From UHGV virus genome UHGV-0049967: a stretch of DNA of 38,088 nt. One strand, 5' to 3'. Every line of letters begins with the position of its first letter. Position 1 is the stretch's first letter. The notes beneath the pieces are model-generated. The model saw only the letters and a list, made by a program, of their open reading frames with translations, had not been told where the DNA came from and searched no databases. The DNA is from a virus. The position numbers and the translations under genes are program-made. This document shows, one piece after another, positions 1 to 10,012 of the stretch.

Positions 1-49
1 TGACGGGTAAAAAGTGGATAAAATAATTTTACCCACCGGATTTTTACCC

Positions 50-1207
50 ATGCTCACCGTTAAGCAGATTGAAGCAGCAAAGCCGAAAGAAAAACCATAC
101 CGCCTTCTCGATGGTAATGGCCTGTACCTTTATGTCCCTGTATCCGGGAAAAAGGTATGGCAGCTTCGCTACAAGATTGACGGTAAGGAGAAAATCCTGA
201 CTGTCGGAAAATATCCGCTTATGACTTTGCAGGAGGCAAGGGATAAAGCATGGACTGCGAGGAAAGACATCTCGGTTGGCATCGATCCGGTAAAAGCGAA
301 AAAGGCTTCGTCTAACAACAATTCCTTTAGCGCCATTTACAAGGAATGGTACGAGCACAAGAAGCAAGTCTGGTCTGTAGGGTATGCGACTGAACTTGCC
401 AAAATGTTTGATGACGACATTTTACCCATCATCGGCGGCCTTGAGATTCAGGATATTGAGCCGATGCAACTGCTGGAAGTAATCCGCAGATTCGAAGATC
501 GCGGTGCAATGGAGCGAGCCAACAAAGCCCGCAGAAGATGCGGCGAGGTTTTCCGTTACGCTATTGTCACTGGTAGGGCTAAATATAACCCGGCACCTGA
601 CCTTGCTGACGCCATGAAGGGATACCGCAAGAAGAACTTCCCGTTTTTACCTGCAGACCAGATACCGGCATTTAACAAAGCACTGGCAACATTTTCAGGA
701 AGCATCGTATCGCTCATTGCGACTAAAGTTTTGCGCTACACAGCCCTCAGAACGAAAGAGCTTCGTTCTATGCTATGGAAGAACGTCGATTTTGAAAACA
801 GGATTATCACCATCGACGCCAGTGTGATGAAGGGACGCAAAATTCATGTGGTTCCTATGTCAGACCAGGTAGTTGAACTTCTCACTACGCTAAGCTCCAT
901 CACTAAACCAGTATCAGAGTTTGTTTTTGCCGGACGCAACGATAAGAAGAAGCCAATCTGCGAGAACGCGGTATTGCTTGTGATCAAACGAATCGGCTAT
1001 GAGGGTCTGGAAAGCGGTCACGGATTCAGGCATGAATTCAGCACGATTATGAACGAGCACGAATGGCCTGCTGATGCTATTGAAGTGCAACTGGCACATG
1101 CCAACGTCGGATCTGTGCGCGGGATTTACAACCATGCTCAGTATCTCGATAAGCGCAGAGAAATGATGCAGTGGTGGGCGGATTGGCTTGATGAAAAGGT
1201 GGAGTGA
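50..1207 (+). CDS. int: Tyrosine integrase, P4-like family with N-terminal arm-binding domain
   Basis: N-terminus MLTVKQIEAAKP...YRLLDGNGLYLYV...W.LRY is the typical P4/CP4-57-type integrase start; C-terminal catalytic region with R...H..R...Y-type motifs (HGFRHEFST, ...YNHAQY). ATG at 50 preferred over the GTG at 14. Confidence 0.85.
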   Translation: MLTVKQIEAAKPKEKPYRLLDGNGLYLYVPVSGKKVWQLRYKIDGKEKILTVGKYPLMTLQEARDKAWTARKDISVGIDPVKAKKASSNNNSFSAIYKEWYEHKKQVWSVGYATELAKMFDDDILPIIGGLEIQDIEPMQLLEVIRRFEDRGAMERANKARRRCGEVFRYAIVTGRAKYNPAPDLADAMKGYRKKNFPFLPADQIPAFNKALATFSGSIVSLIATKVLRYTALRTKELRSMLWKNVDFENRIITIDASVMKGRKIHVVPMSDQVVELLTTLSSITKPVSEFVFAGRNDKKKPICENAVLLVIKRIGYEGLESGHGFRHEFSTIMNEHEWPADAIEVQLAHANVGSVRGIYNHAQYLDKRREMMQWWADWLDEKVE

Positions 1208-1400
1208 CCCGCCTTAACAACTATCGAATATCACAAAGCCTTGCAATCCAGTGCAAAGCTTTGTGTGCCAGAGTTTTTTCTCACCAACATCATGACAACA
1301 TTATTCTCTTAGTTAATTACATCGAAAAATCATACATAACCATATTAATTAACAATCTGCGCCTTTTCGACGCAGATTTCATATTGTTTTATGTTGAATA
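1208..1400. other. Candidate attP-containing intergenic region between convergent int and tailspike
   Basis: Only non-coding DNA between int stop (1207) and tailspike stop (1401); in P22 the att site lies between gene 9 and int. Nested inverted repeats (CACAAAGC..GCTTTGTG enclosing TTGCA..TGCAA) at about 1232-1265. Core not identified. Confidence 0.3.
1355..1388 (+). terminator. Hairpin plus T-rich tract downstream of int (possible sib-like or bidirectional terminator)
   Basis: ATCTGCG-N9-CGCAGAT stem followed by TTCATATTGTTTT. Confidence 0.4.
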
Positions 1401-3788
1401 TCATATTTTATTTAAGTTATTCTTTTTTAATGTCATCTCTAGTTCTTCGATACGTCTTTCTATATTATCAATTCTCTCCCAGCATTGCTGAATTGATTTA
1501 ACAATAGGTGGGATGAATTCATCGTAACCAAGTGAGTAAACATCATCCCCACCATTTTTCAAGTGATGCTGTAGCCCACCGAACTCAACACCTAATTTCT
1601 CACACAGTTTCAATACGTCCTGTGCAATAAACCAGTGATGGTATCGTTGACGTTTTTTACTGCCGTCAGGAGTTTTCTGCACTACTTCAAGATATTTTTC
1701 TTCGACATTCTCAATAGCTGATATAGTAATTCCATCAACATCTCGTTCTACTTTTTTTGGTACAATTCTTGTTTTTTCAATAACATCAATATAATCATCA
1801 CGCATATCCCAGCGACCATCGACAGGGCGAAGTCCAAGGATAAATTCAATCCCCAGCAAAGTATCTCGGATATCTGTTTTATCACGCGCATCAGATCTGT
1901 TTTGCACAGTTCCATATACATATGTCGTTGTGGAAGAATTGCCAAGCTGCACCTGATTACTTCCAGACACCCTTGCATCATTGCCAACAGTTGTTGTGTT
2001 GGTAAGTGATGATGTGCTTTCCCCTGATTGAGTTAATCTACCTGAATTATGTCCAATAGCCGTGTTTAATGCGCCGGTTGTATTTGTGACAAGAGAGCCA
2101 GACCCAATTGCAACGTTACTGCTTCCCGATGTTGTTCCTTTTAATGCCTGCTGTCCAACCGCAACATTATTATCACCCGTTGCTGCTATAAGTGCCATGT
2201 GACCAATAGAAACGGTAAATGAACCTAGCGTTTGAGTTTCACCGCATGCACCATAACCAATTACAACAACATTATCTGTAATTGTTGACTCGGTTGCCGC
2301 TCCAGCACCAATAACAACGCTTTCATTCCCTGCAAGATTCTTGCGCATTGCGAACATTCCAATGCCAACATTATCATGCCCAGTCCCTGTACCTGCTGCC
2401 TCCGCAGCACCAAGACAGTTTCCCGCTCTGTAGCCAACCATGGTGTTATTTGAACCAATAGAGAAGTCTCCGGCAAAAGAGCCTACGTATACACTATTAG
2501 ACTGTGAGTAATCTCCAGGATTTCCATTCGCCCGATATCCTACTGCAACTGTATAAATAGTATCTGGAGCCTCAGCCATGGCCTCAAAGCCAACTCCAAC
2601 GTTATATCTACCGCCCTTAACTTTTTCTCCTGCACCAAGTCCGAAGAATGAGTTATAGCTCCCGGTTGTTAGCCACTCGCCAGCAACAGAACCTACAGCA
2701 GTGTTTCCTGTTCCAGTACATCGATACAAAGTCAGGAAGCCAACTCCGGTATTATTATTTCCTGAAATATTACTCATCAATGATTTTGACCCAATGGCAG
2801 TATTGTTAACACCATCGGTCAGATCCTGTAACGCTCGCGGGCCAAATGCTGTATTATCGTAACCCTTTGGCGCTGTTGTTGGATCTGGTAACTCCGGGGT
2901 TAGTTTTTCACCACCACCACCATTGGCACAAAGATTGTAAGATCGAATAAATTCAGCCACTGGCCCAAGTTTCAGATAACCATTGGCAATATTAATTCTG
3001 ACACTTACATTAACTGAGCTACCAGGAGCTTCTATTGTCCTGTCATCAACCCAGGTAAAACTCTGTGGTATCCCGTCATAAGTTAATGTCACATCTCCTT
3101 TATCATTATAATTATAGAACAATGTATAACGCTCATTTATAGATTCAGAACCTGATGATCCTCCTCTCCTCCACCACTCTGCATTATCAAAAATAAGTAA
3201 TCCTGGACCATAATATTTTCCCTTCTGACCCAAGATCATAGGAGTTGATAATCGCCACCTTCCCTCTGGAACATATACATCGATACCAGTTCTTTCTGCG
3301 TCTTTAAACGATTCATCACATAATACAACACCACCTTCAACAGCACCAAATCCACGAACATCACCATTATCTCTCCATCGAGCCATTTGCAACTCAGGAT
3401 ACTTCTTAGCGCCATCAATGTCTTCTAATTGGTTCCGCAGCTGATCAGGATCATACTTCAGTACATTAGGAAAATAGAACTGCTGAGCACCGTAAGCATC
3501 ATATACAGCCATAGAATGGCCTTGCACAGTTACGAACTTAGCAATCTGTCCGTTATATACAGGGTAACCAGCAGCGTTAAGGATGATTGGTTGCGAAACA
3601 GGAATGTGAGAACCATCTTCACTCTCTACATAAACCGGAATCTGGTTTGCTGTATTTACCGGGTCAGTGTCAATTTTACCGATATAAATTTTGCCATTAG
3701 CTACAGCTTTAAAAGAGCGAGCCATAGTGAAGAGTTGCGATGGCATCCCAATTACAACATTTGGAGTTATATTAGGCATATTAGTCAT
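1401..3788 (-). CDS. Tailspike/tail fibre: P22 gp9-like head-binding N-terminus, Gly/Asn-rich beta-helix repeat region, C-terminal intramolecular chaperone (peptidase S74-like) domain
   Basis: N-terminus [47 protein letters not shown]...[13 protein letters not shown] matches the P22 tailspike head-binding domain; central degenerate repeats (NTAIG, NVAVG, VGYRAG); C-terminal ...[11 protein letters not shown]... resembles the self-cleaving chaperone domain of endosialidase-type fibres. Start placed at MTNMPN (AGGA precedes); the ORF-track N-terminal extension to 3872 is considered unlikely. Confidence 0.85.
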   Translation of the reverse strand: MTNMPNITPNVVIGMPSQLFTMARSFKAVANGKIYIGKIDTDPVNTANQIPVYVESEDGSHIPVSQPIILNAAGYPVYNGQIAKFVTVQGHSMAVYDAYGAQQFYFPNVLKYDPDQLRNQLEDIDGAKKYPELQMARWRDNGDVRGFGAVEGGVVLCDESFKDAERTGIDVYVPEGRWRLSTPMILGQKGKYYGPGLLIFDNAEWWRRGGSSGSESINERYTLFYNYNDKGDVTLTYDGIPQSFTWVDDRTIEAPGSSVNVSVRINIANGYLKLGPVAEFIRSYNLCANGGGGEKLTPELPDPTTAPKGYDNTAFGPRALQDLTDGVNNTAIGSKSLMSNISGNNNTGVGFLTLYRCTGTGNTAVGSVAGEWLTTGSYNSFFGLGAGEKVKGGRYNVGVGFEAMAEAPDTIYTVAVGYRANGNPGDYSQSNSVYVGSFAGDFSIGSNNTMVGYRAGNCLGAAEAAGTGTGHDNVGIGMFAMRKNLAGNESVVIGAGAATESTITDNVVVIGYGACGETQTLGSFTVSIGHMALIAATGDNNVAVGQQALKGTTSGSSNVAIGSGSLVTNTTGALNTAIGHNSGRLTQSGESTSSLTNTTTVGNDARVSGSNQVQLGNSSTTTYVYGTVQNRSDARDKTDIRDTLLGIEFILGLRPVDGRWDMRDDYIDVIEKTRIVPKKVERDVDGITISAIENVEEKYLEVVQKTPDGSKKRQRYHHWFIAQDVLKLCEKLGVEFGGLQHHLKNGGDDVYSLGYDEFIPPIVKSIQQCWERIDNIERRIEELEMTLKKNNLNKI

Positions 3789-4123
3789 CCTGTTTGAAAA
3801 CTTAGAAATTGAATAAAAAGGAATGACTGTAGACAAAGATGCAAGTGTTTTGAAAAATAATCTTCTATTCATTTTAAATCATGCAACACAAAAAAACGAT
3901 TATTTTACAACGAGCAAGAATCTTGATCAACAGACATATATTTTAATTGCTGAATACGTCACTTAAAAATGACAAGTACTACTTTTATTCCTATCGTCCA
4001 TGATTTTAATTTTCAAATATTATTAAATAACAATTCCTATTTATAATATCTGTCATTTAATTTGCTCCAGATACAAGTAATCGCTGCAGCATGACTGCAG
4101 TAATACATAATCAATCATACAAC

Positions 4124-4140
4124 AAGACCACCGTGGTCTT
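4124..4140. promoter_or_regulatory. 17-bp perfect palindrome AAGACCACCGTGGTCTT, probable Mnt operator
   Basis: Perfect inverted repeat with CCAC(C)GTGG core, located in the divergent mnt/tailspike intergenic region, the position of Omnt in P22 immI. Confidence 0.5.
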
Positions 4141-4202
4141 ATTGAGGATGCAACCAGCAGATAATAAGATGCCGATCCACTCACAAGAGCGAGGCATCAA
4201 GA

Positions 4203-4454
4203 ATGGGAAGAGATGACCCGCAATTTAATCTGCGGCTACCTTACGAATTAAAGGAAAAACTAAAACAGCGAGCCAAATCAAATGGCCGCTCTCTTAATTC
4301 AGAATTAGTTCAGATAGTGACTGATGCTGTATCAAAGCCATCCAAAATTTCAGGCTATCGAGACGATGCGGAACGCATCGCTGATGAGCAGTCAGAGCTT
4401 GTTAAGAAGATGGTGTTTGATACGCTGAAGGATTTGTACAAAAAACCCACCTGA
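4203..4454 (+). CDS. mnt: Mnt repressor (ribbon-helix-helix, Arc/MetJ superfamily)
   Basis: MGRDDPQFNLRLPYELKEKLKQRAKSNGRSLNSELVQIV...GYRDDAERIADEQSELVKKMVFDTLKDLYKK is nearly colinear with P22 Mnt as I remember it. Confidence 0.9.
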   Translation: MGRDDPQFNLRLPYELKEKLKQRAKSNGRSLNSELVQIVTDAVSKPSKISGYRDDAERIADEQSELVKKMVFDTLKDLYKKPT

Positions 4455-4470
4455 AGGTGGGTTAATTTTT
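4441..4470 (+). terminator. Rho-independent terminator after mnt
   Basis: ACCCACC-TGAA-GGTGGGT hairpin flanked by an A-run and TAATTTTT; the mnt stop codon lies in the loop. Confidence 0.6.
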
Positions 4471-4553
4471 GCATTTACCTGGGCCATATTGACTACTTAT
4501 AAAATGAGATCAATATTTAATCGCCCAATAACGGGTGTATGTTGAGGTATATC

Positions 4554-4733
4554 ATGGCGAAAAAACCAGGTGAAAACACAGGAAAAAACGGCGGAATATA
4601 CCAAGAAGTTGGCCCACGCGGCGGTAAGAAAGACAATTTTGCAACCGTCAAGGACAACGAAAGGCTTCCACCAACAACAAAGCCAGGTCATGGCTGGGTA
4701 TTGGATAAGCGAACTCCAGACAGCAAAAAGTAA
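4554..4733 (+). CDS. Small basic protein (59 aa), unknown function; possibly YjzC-like small protein family
   Basis: GAGGT SD 5 nt upstream of ATG; sequence MAKKPGENTGKNGGIYQEVGPRGG...GHGWVLDKR. Family assignment is from memory only. Confidence 0.5.
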   Translation: MAKKPGENTGKNGGIYQEVGPRGGKKDNFATVKDNERLPPTTKPGHGWVLDKRTPDSKK

Positions 4734-4738
4734 TAATC

Positions 4739-4761
4739 AAGCCGGGTCACTCCGGCTTTTT
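4739..4761. terminator. Shared hairpin between convergent genes (bidirectional terminator candidate)
   Basis: AAGCCGG-GTCACT-CCGGCTT followed by TTTTT on the plus strand; the stop codon of the minus-strand HExxH gene sits in the loop. Confidence 0.5.
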
Positions 4762-5112
4762 GATATGTCGCTCGCAGAACTCAACAAGCCTGCTCATTAA
4801 GTAGCAGTAAGTCTCGTTGGCTCTTCCTGGTTCAACATCAACACCTACCCTTGAGCAGATATCGAATGCCATGTGAGCGCACTCATGGGCAATAGTAGAT
4901 AGTTTGCCATTGAACACGCCTATCACATGCAAAACACCATTCTCGCTACTCATTGTATGAGACGCTCCGTTGGCGTCCGAGTCATGCACGTCAACGCCAA
5001 GTTTTTGATGCAGGCGTTGCCATTCTGGAAAGTCTCTACAAAACACAATTGTACCGCTCTCAAAGAGCGGAACGAGCATCTTTGGTACGTTTCCAATGTT
5101 AACTTTTTTCAT
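4747..5112 (-). CDS. 121-aa HExxH (zincin-like) protein of unknown function
   Basis: HECAHMAFD motif with a downstream Glu (EPGRANE) suggests a minimal gluzincin; AGGA SD 4 nt before ATG; low-GC context. Confidence 0.6.
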   Translation of the reverse strand: MKKVNIGNVPKMLVPLFESGTIVFCRDFPEWQRLHQKLGVDVHDSDANGASHTMSSENGVLHVIGVFNGKLSTIAHECAHMAFDICSRVGVDVEPGRANETYCYLMSRLVEFCERHIKKPE

Positions 5113-5142
5113 GGTATCCTGCGCAAAACTAAGGAGGTTGGT

Positions 5143-5592
5143 GTGAGTGAAAAATTATCAGTTGAGATTTACAGGGATGCAAAAAAATTGATTAAAAAGG
5201 CATTGCTGATTTCCCTATCTTTGTTAGCCATTGCCATTGTTTATTTTGTGGCAGACAAAATCTATACAGAACAAAAAAATAGCAAAAAAAATGCTGAGCT
5301 GATTATGCGCGCAGAAAATGTTGTCAAGGGTAAATCACCCATGGTATTCAACAGAACATTCCTTGGCGAAAGCTCCTCTATTTCTGTTTGGTTTATTAAT
5401 GATTCAGATGGGCATATTCTTGTAGAAAAAAACGGTGAAAAATCATTGTTTTCATCAAGAGAATCCGTATACGGTGGCATCAATGCATACCATCAAGCCG
5501 GAAAGGCATGTGAAACCCTGTCTTTTTCTATGACTTCAGGTTTTGTGATATCTGTTTCTTGCGATTTTGATGATTATTACACTAAAAAATAG
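5143..5592 (+). CDS. N-terminally anchored membrane protein (about 149 aa), candidate superinfection-exclusion protein
   Basis: AAGGAGG SD 5 nt before the GTG start; one predicted TM helix (ALLISLSLLAIAIVYFVADKIY) followed by a roughly 110-aa domain; occupies the position of sieA in P22; about 35 percent GC by eye. Confidence 0.55.
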   Translation: MSEKLSVEIYRDAKKLIKKALLISLSLLAIAIVYFVADKIYTEQKNSKKNAELIMRAENVVKGKSPMVFNRTFLGESSSISVWFINDSDGHILVEKNGEKSLFSSRESVYGGINAYHQAGKACETLSFSMTSGFVISVSCDFDDYYTKK

Positions 5593-5609
5593 CCATCCAT
5601 GGCATTTAG

Positions 5610-7484
5610 TCACTGCTGTGTTGCCTCAGTAGCAAACAGCGGTCTGATGGCATTCGCAGCATTATTTAGCGCTCTTTCATAGGCTGGTGTTCCTGCTTTG
5701 GTGTTTGCCAAGCGTAAGAGAGCATTCCTTGCTGCTCTGGATTCATACAAGCGCATCATTGCACCGAAACCAGCCTCAAGCCCCATTGATACGCCAAGAG
5801 TCGCAGTTGCGCCAATCGTCCTTATCCTGTTGGCTTGCGATTGCCCCGTCTGAGTTACTACATTTGCGGTGTCTGACCTTGCTGTTTGCTGTAGAACTTC
5901 ATGAAGAGCATCAAGTTCTTTCATGTGCTTTCCAGAAAAAATAGTGTTGTAAATTTCACCGCCTGACTGAGATTTCAGCTTATTAACTTCAGTGATGAAC
6001 TTGGCTGGAGAGTCACCGGCCTTTTCCGCTATTTTGCTGACGTAAGCTGCACGCATAGCATCTTTCCCTTTATCATCCAGTGCACTCCAGATTCGTTTCA
6101 CGTCAGATGGTTTTCTGCTTAATACAACGGTATTTATAAGTTCAGGACTGGCTTCACTGCTTGCCTTGTTGAGTTTGTTAGCAATGTTTTTATTAAGCAC
6201 CTTATTATAAACGTTTGCATAATCGGAATTTGCTTTAAGGTATTTTGCTGCGTCTGATGCACCGAGGTTTTTAGCAACTGCGTTACGAAGGTCTTTTGAC
6301 ATTGCATTCTCTACCATATTGGTAGCTGCTTTTGCCCGGTTGGGGAAGACCATAGCATCTCCCTGAACATTAGATCTAAATGCTGTTCTGTGCTGACGCA
6401 AGAGATCAAACGTAACATCCAAATCAGTTGCAGGGTTTGCTAATTCTTCACGTAGGTTACGCAAGGATGTAAGCAGGCTTTGATTGGCAGACGTCCCAAG
6501 CCGTTCCTGTCTTGCGATCGCTGTATTCAGAGCATTCATGGTATTTGTGGTATCAACTGCGGCATTACCCATTTTATTGGTGACGTCATTGATAACAGCG
6601 CCAGCGGCATCCTTCCGTCCCCTTAACGTGGTGGTCAGAGATTTCACCACATCATCCGGGTTGTACTCACCAAAACGGTCAAAATAATTACTTACCAACT
6701 TACTACGCGTTGCATATTGCTCCGCTCGCTTTGAGCCTGTCCCGAGCAAAGCCCCCTCGGCATCCTGAGTAAGACCGCGAGTGAAAGCATTTTTCGGCTG
6801 GATAACATCAGATGTCATAGGTGTCACGCCCATCGATTCTGAGGTGGCAATTTTTTTCGCTACTTCTGGCGCGATATCGCCTTTTATAGCCGTTATTCCA
6901 CGCCCTATTCCCTTTGCTGCTGCGGAAAGAACACCCTGAGCGGCAAGGTTAACTCCGGCGTTTATGGCTGCATTTTGCGCGAAATCGCCTTTCTGGTTTG
7001 CGGCTTCTGCCAGTGATCCTATAGCCATGCTTCCTGCCGTTCCAACTCCTGGAACTAAATACCCGCCAATTGTTTCTCCAGCTTGCGCATAAGGGTCTGT
7101 TGGTCGATCTACTGGACGATAGACATCGTCCAAAACCTTGGGGCCACCAAGCCCCTGGCTGATTGCATTAATCAGACTTGCGCCACCCTGCAATACGTCA
7201 AATGGTATGTTTACCAGACCACGACCAGCCTGCTCTGCAATTTGCCCTGCACTTTGACCACCTGTGAGCCAATCGCCAGCTTGTTGCATCAATGATGGCT
7301 CTTCTTTCTGCTGCTGAGGCGGAGGGTATGCTGCATAAAACTGATCTCTTGCTTCAGCCCATTTGTCACCAGCCTTAGGGGCAACAACCTCATCAAAATA
7401 TTGCGCTTGAGCCTGTGCTTTCTGTTCTTCAGTTAACGCCTGATACTGTGGAGAGGCGATAACATCTTTCCATGCTTTAGCCAT
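5610..7484 (-). CDS. gp16: Ejection (E) protein, P22 gp16-like
   Basis: Size (624 aa) and position downstream of the gp20 homolog; Ala/Gly/Gln-rich as in P22 gp16. Confidence 0.8.
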   Translation of the reverse strand: MAKAWKDVIASPQYQALTEEQKAQAQAQYFDEVVAPKAGDKWAEARDQFYAAYPPPQQQKEEPSLMQQAGDWLTGGQSAGQIAEQAGRGLVNIPFDVLQGGASLINAISQGLGGPKVLDDVYRPVDRPTDPYAQAGETIGGYLVPGVGTAGSMAIGSLAEAANQKGDFAQNAAINAGVNLAAQGVLSAAAKGIGRGITAIKGDIAPEVAKKIATSESMGVTPMTSDVIQPKNAFTRGLTQDAEGALLGTGSKRAEQYATRSKLVSNYFDRFGEYNPDDVVKSLTTTLRGRKDAAGAVINDVTNKMGNAAVDTTNTMNALNTAIARQERLGTSANQSLLTSLRNLREELANPATDLDVTFDLLRQHRTAFRSNVQGDAMVFPNRAKAATNMVENAMSKDLRNAVAKNLGASDAAKYLKANSDYANVYNKVLNKNIANKLNKASSEASPELINTVVLSRKPSDVKRIWSALDDKGKDAMRAAYVSKIAEKAGDSPAKFITEVNKLKSQSGGEIYNTIFSGKHMKELDALHEVLQQTARSDTANVVTQTGQSQANRIRTIGATATLGVSMGLEAGFGAMMRLYESRAARNALLRLANTKAGTPAYERALNNAANAIRPLFATEATQQ

Positions 7485-8848
7485 TAATCACCCCATAGTG
7501 AAGAAAAGTTACTGCTGGCTGCTGGCTGTGATACCTGTGTAGGTTGAGATTGCTGCCGCTGAGATTTACCAACATTAACGTTATATTGTTGGTTGTAATT
7601 GTCGGTATATTGCTGAATGTCGCGCATTGATTGTTGCAGTGCTTCAGGGCTTGAGAAATCAACCTGTGGCATACCTTGAAAATACATCTTTGCTTCTGCA
7701 ACGGTGTTGATACCGGATGCCCCCATGTCTCTGGCTGCTGCAATGCCCTGATTCTGCATCTTTCCTTGGATTCGCTGTGCAGCGTTGTATAGTTTCCTCT
7801 GATCACCACCAGAAGCACGGCTACGAATATCTGCACCAAGAGCAGGAGAACCTGAAGAGCCTGTAATGCCAGTCATGAAGCCAAGATCGTCAATTGATGC
7901 ACCAGAAATTGCATCAAGATCTTTCTTCATTGCGTAATTCTGCGCGCTTGCTGCCGATGTAGCCGGAGCGGCAATAGAGCCAGCAGGAACGCGAACCATA
8001 TTCCCCTCGTTGTCGATACCTTCGTAGAACGCATTAGCCCCAGCGCCGTGAAGCTTCCCGCCTACCGTTACAGTTCTGCCATCTGCTAACTGAACTGTAC
8101 GCTCATTATTCCCAACCGCCCCTTTCATTGATGCTCTCTGCATCGATAAATCCTGACCGCGCATCGTGATATTCTGACCACGCGCTGTTAGCGCCTCGCC
8201 AGCCTGATTGCTGCGGATTGTCTCTGCCAGCCTACCTCGGTCAATCTCACGACCAACCATCTTATCCTGAACAGCAAACGCCTTTTCTGGTCCAAGCGCA
8301 CCGAGAGACATAGTAGTCAGCATGTGTGATAGCTGCTCTGGATTCTGGATACCTGTCTGAATCATCCAGTCAGCATTAGCACCAACGCGATTTAACCTGT
8401 CCTTGTTGTCAGTAATGAATTTACTGTAGGCTTCCGGTCCCTGAGAAAGAGCGACGTTAGCCCTCATGGCTAAATCGCCCATATCGTTGCGTTGCTGATC
8501 ATTAAGACCGGAAAACGCCTGTTGTGCCTGTGCAACAAACGCTGGATTTTCCTGGGCAAACTTAAATAGTCCCGATGGATCACCAGAAGCCCATGCATCA
8601 GCGTGAACCTTATTGAACGCACTAATAGCTTTCTGTTGCTGTTCCTGATTGTAAATATCAGCAACTCCAGCCAGACCACGTAACGCGGTCAGGCCAACGT
8701 TATTTGCACCTGAGCGAGCCAGTTCATTGTTTTCGCGGATCAGACCAAGCGTTGCGTTAATGTCGCTTGCCTTTGGCGCATTCTCATTTTGCGCACCGAT
8801 GCCAGCAAGAAACCCACCAGAATTAATACCCTGTTGCCACGTAGCCAT
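7484..8848 (-). CDS. gp20: Ejection protein, P22 gp20-like
   Basis: Size (454 aa) and synteny (gp7-gp20-gp16). Confidence 0.8.
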   Translation of the reverse strand: MATWQQGINSGGFLAGIGAQNENAPKASDINATLGLIRENNELARSGANNVGLTALRGLAGVADIYNQEQQQKAISAFNKVHADAWASGDPSGLFKFAQENPAFVAQAQQAFSGLNDQQRNDMGDLAMRANVALSQGPEAYSKFITDNKDRLNRVGANADWMIQTGIQNPEQLSHMLTTMSLGALGPEKAFAVQDKMVGREIDRGRLAETIRSNQAGEALTARGQNITMRGQDLSMQRASMKGAVGNNERTVQLADGRTVTVGGKLHGAGANAFYEGIDNEGNMVRVPAGSIAAPATSAASAQNYAMKKDLDAISGASIDDLGFMTGITGSSGSPALGADIRSRASGGDQRKLYNAAQRIQGKMQNQGIAAARDMGASGINTVAEAKMYFQGMPQVDFSSPEALQQSMRDIQQYTDNYNQQYNVNVGKSQRQQSQPTQVSQPAASSNFSSLWGD

Positions 8849-8858
8849 TGATTACCCC

Positions 8859-9551
8859 TTAAAACAACGAGCCAAGCAGACCAAGACCAGCACCGATACC
8901 AGCACCCCACGGAGTTGATAGCTCGAGAGCACTGGCTATGCCACCACCCAAAAGTGCACCGGATGCAGCACCACTAACCCCCTGCTGCAATGCTGACGGT
9001 CGGTTGGCGTTTGCCGCAGCCAGCGCCGCGCTTTGCTGTGAAATCTGACTCATGTTGTTGGCATATGTTTGCCCGGCGTTTGCCTGTCCCTGAAGAGCGC
9101 CAAGACCGATATTTGCCAGGTTGTTGTAATTGTTCATTTGTCCAGATAGCCATTGCTGACCAAGCGTTGGTGCGATTGTTGCTAACTGATTACTGGTTGC
9201 GGTGGAACCCAATCCACCTGTTGCTTCCGCTGCCGCCAGACTCTGATAGCGAGCCTGACCAGCAAGATCTTTGTACTGCTGAGAGTTGTAATACTGGTTA
9301 AGTGCCTGACCTTGCCCCTCCAGAGACGATAAGTTCTCGAGGCTGCCGACATACTTCTCAGCCAGAGGAGTAAACGGTTTCAGGTTGTTCATGATGGTGT
9401 TGAACTGCTGATTTTGCAGGTCTGCGGCATACTTCTGAGCTTCTGCTGCATACTTTGCGCTTTTATCAGAACTGCCACCTTTCCCGCCTTTTTCAGGGCA
9501 ATAAGGTTCCTCGCCGCGCAGTTTTCTGCCCAGCTTAAATGCATATAACAT
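8859..9551 (-). CDS. gp7: Ejection protein, P22 gp7-like
   Basis: N-terminus MLYAFKLGRKLRGEEPYCPEKGGKGGSS... resembles P22 gp7; 230 aa. Confidence 0.85.
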   Translation of the reverse strand: MLYAFKLGRKLRGEEPYCPEKGGKGGSSDKSAKYAAEAQKYAADLQNQQFNTIMNNLKPFTPLAEKYVGSLENLSSLEGQGQALNQYYNSQQYKDLAGQARYQSLAAAEATGGLGSTATSNQLATIAPTLGQQWLSGQMNNYNNLANIGLGALQGQANAGQTYANNMSQISQQSAALAAANANRPSALQQGVSGAASGALLGGGIASALELSTPWGAGIGAGLGLLGSLF

Positions 9552-9553
9552 GG

Positions 9554-10012
9554 CTATCTCCCGTGCTTCAGGAAGTCGATTAGTTCTTCGCGTGTGGCGC
9601 TGTAAAACGTCACGTCATCCACGCCTTTGAAGTATTTCTTGATGGTTCCTACACGCTTAAGGCCAATCATTGCGCAGTACATCTGCCCGTGGCGGAATTT
9701 GCGTGCAGCGAACGATGTGACGCACTGAACGGTGGTGTTAGTCAGAATGTATCGCCAGAACGCCAGCCCGATTTCCTTGCTGAAGCCGCGAATCTCTGGC
9801 AGGTACATGGCGTGGCAATCAAAGGTCAGCGGCTGAATCTCCTGATAGTAAACAATTCCGCCGAACTGCCCGTGCACGTTCACCTCAAAGTAACGGCATT
9901 CAGGCTTGTAGTCGTATCCATCGCCGTTGTTGCTCCCGGCGATAATGTCAGGGTGATTTCCTACTGCTTCGATCAGGTCGATGTTTCGCGTTGGTTTGAA
10001 ATGAATCATCAC
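9554..10012 (-). CDS. gp14: P22 gp14-like virion assembly/ejection-associated protein
   Basis: Synteny between the tail needle and gp7; 152 aa. Confidence 0.7.
   Translation of the reverse strand: MMIHFKPTRNIDLIEAVGNHPDIIAGSNNGDGYDYKPECRYFEVNVHGQFGGIVYYQEIQPLTFDCHAMYLPEIRGFSKEIGLAFWRYILTNTTVQCVTSFAARKFRHGQMYCAMIGLKRVGTIKKYFKGVDDVTFYSATREELIDFLKHGR

Noticed and set aside
14-49. N-terminal extension of the integrase ORF from a GTG at position 14
   Set aside because: The ATG at 50 gives the canonical P4-type N-terminus (MLTVKQIEAAKP...); the extension has no convincing ribosome-binding site.
1980-2800. Possible DNA tandem repeat or low-complexity region inside the tailspike gene
   Set aside because: The repetition is at the protein level (degenerate Gly/Asn-rich beta-helix motifs), not exact nucleotide repeats, and is not a CRISPR or VNTR array.
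3789-3872. 28-codon N-terminal extension of the tailspike ORF
   Set aside because: Homology to the P22 head-binding domain begins at [10 protein letters not shown], which has an AGGA ribosome-binding site; the extension is hydrophobic and unlike any tailspike.
4570-4800. 76-aa plus-strand ORF overlapping the small basic protein gene in another frame
   Set aside because: No ribosome-binding site; the overlapping 4554-4733 frame has a good SD and protein-like composition.
4927-5142. Upstream part of the long plus-strand ORF 4927-5592
   Set aside because: It is antisense to the better-supported HExxH gene and has Cys/His/Trp-rich, non-protein-like composition; the membrane protein most likely starts at the GTG at 5143, behind AAGGAGG.
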